From Eledone cirrhosa (lineage: Eukaryota): DNA of 64,000 bases. The position numbers and the translations under genes are program-made. The DNA lies in the NCBI GenBank assembly GCA_964016885.1, contig OZ024742.1:263686001-263750000 (forward strand). Reading direction: 5' to 3'. The notes beneath the pieces were generated by a model. It saw only the letters and a list, made by a program, of their open reading frames with translations. It was not told the DNA's origin and ran no database searches. Shown one piece after another: positions 63,829 through 64,000 of this stretch. How positions within the stretch are numbered: position 1 is the stretch's first letter; each line of letters begins with the position of its first letter.

Positions 63829-64000
63829 TTTCTTAACTAAGTGTTATCCATATACAATCTTATTTTCTCACACAAAGCCGGTATTGATTCCCCGAACAAA
63901 ACATTAAAAGCACCCTTAAATCTGGTTTTGTTTCAACATAAAAAATATATAAAAAAACAAAACAAATAAAAAACAAAATAAACAAACGAAAGACATAAGC

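Overview
This is repeat-dense, AT-rich animal DNA; the SINE families and microsatellite density suggest a cephalopod such as Octopus (inference). It is almost entirely retroelements and satellites. 17.4-25.6 kb holds an intact Penelope-like element (PLE) of Naiad type (737-aa RT plus GIY-YIG) joined head-to-head to a 5'-truncated inverted copy. Between about 3 and 29 kb, several other PLE fragments sit in (TA)n tracts, and I can fold at least 11 minimal type I hammerhead ribozymes (HHRs) from about 8 distinct sequence families. They include two U3:A8 core variants, one with a branched stem II, and a 390-bp near-perfect palindrome with an HHR in each arm. A full-length, intact two-ORF Tx1/L1-clade LINE lies at 56.8-62.8 kb between (ATT)n tracts, with a chimeric relative directly downstream and a decayed relative at 42-45 kb. 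Also present are RTE LINEs (one with a PHD finger inside its RT region), CRE and Vingi-like fragments, many tRNA-derived SINEs, two TcMar MITEs, a GGT-rich minisatellite block (6.4-11.7 kb), a 9.4-kb 60-bp satellite and a 200-N gap. Two minus-strand candidate exons (about 5-6 kb) resemble the N-terminus of iPLA2-beta/PLA2G6, so much of the window may be intronic or upstream of a host gene (tentative). All folds and family assignments were made by eye; no searches were run.
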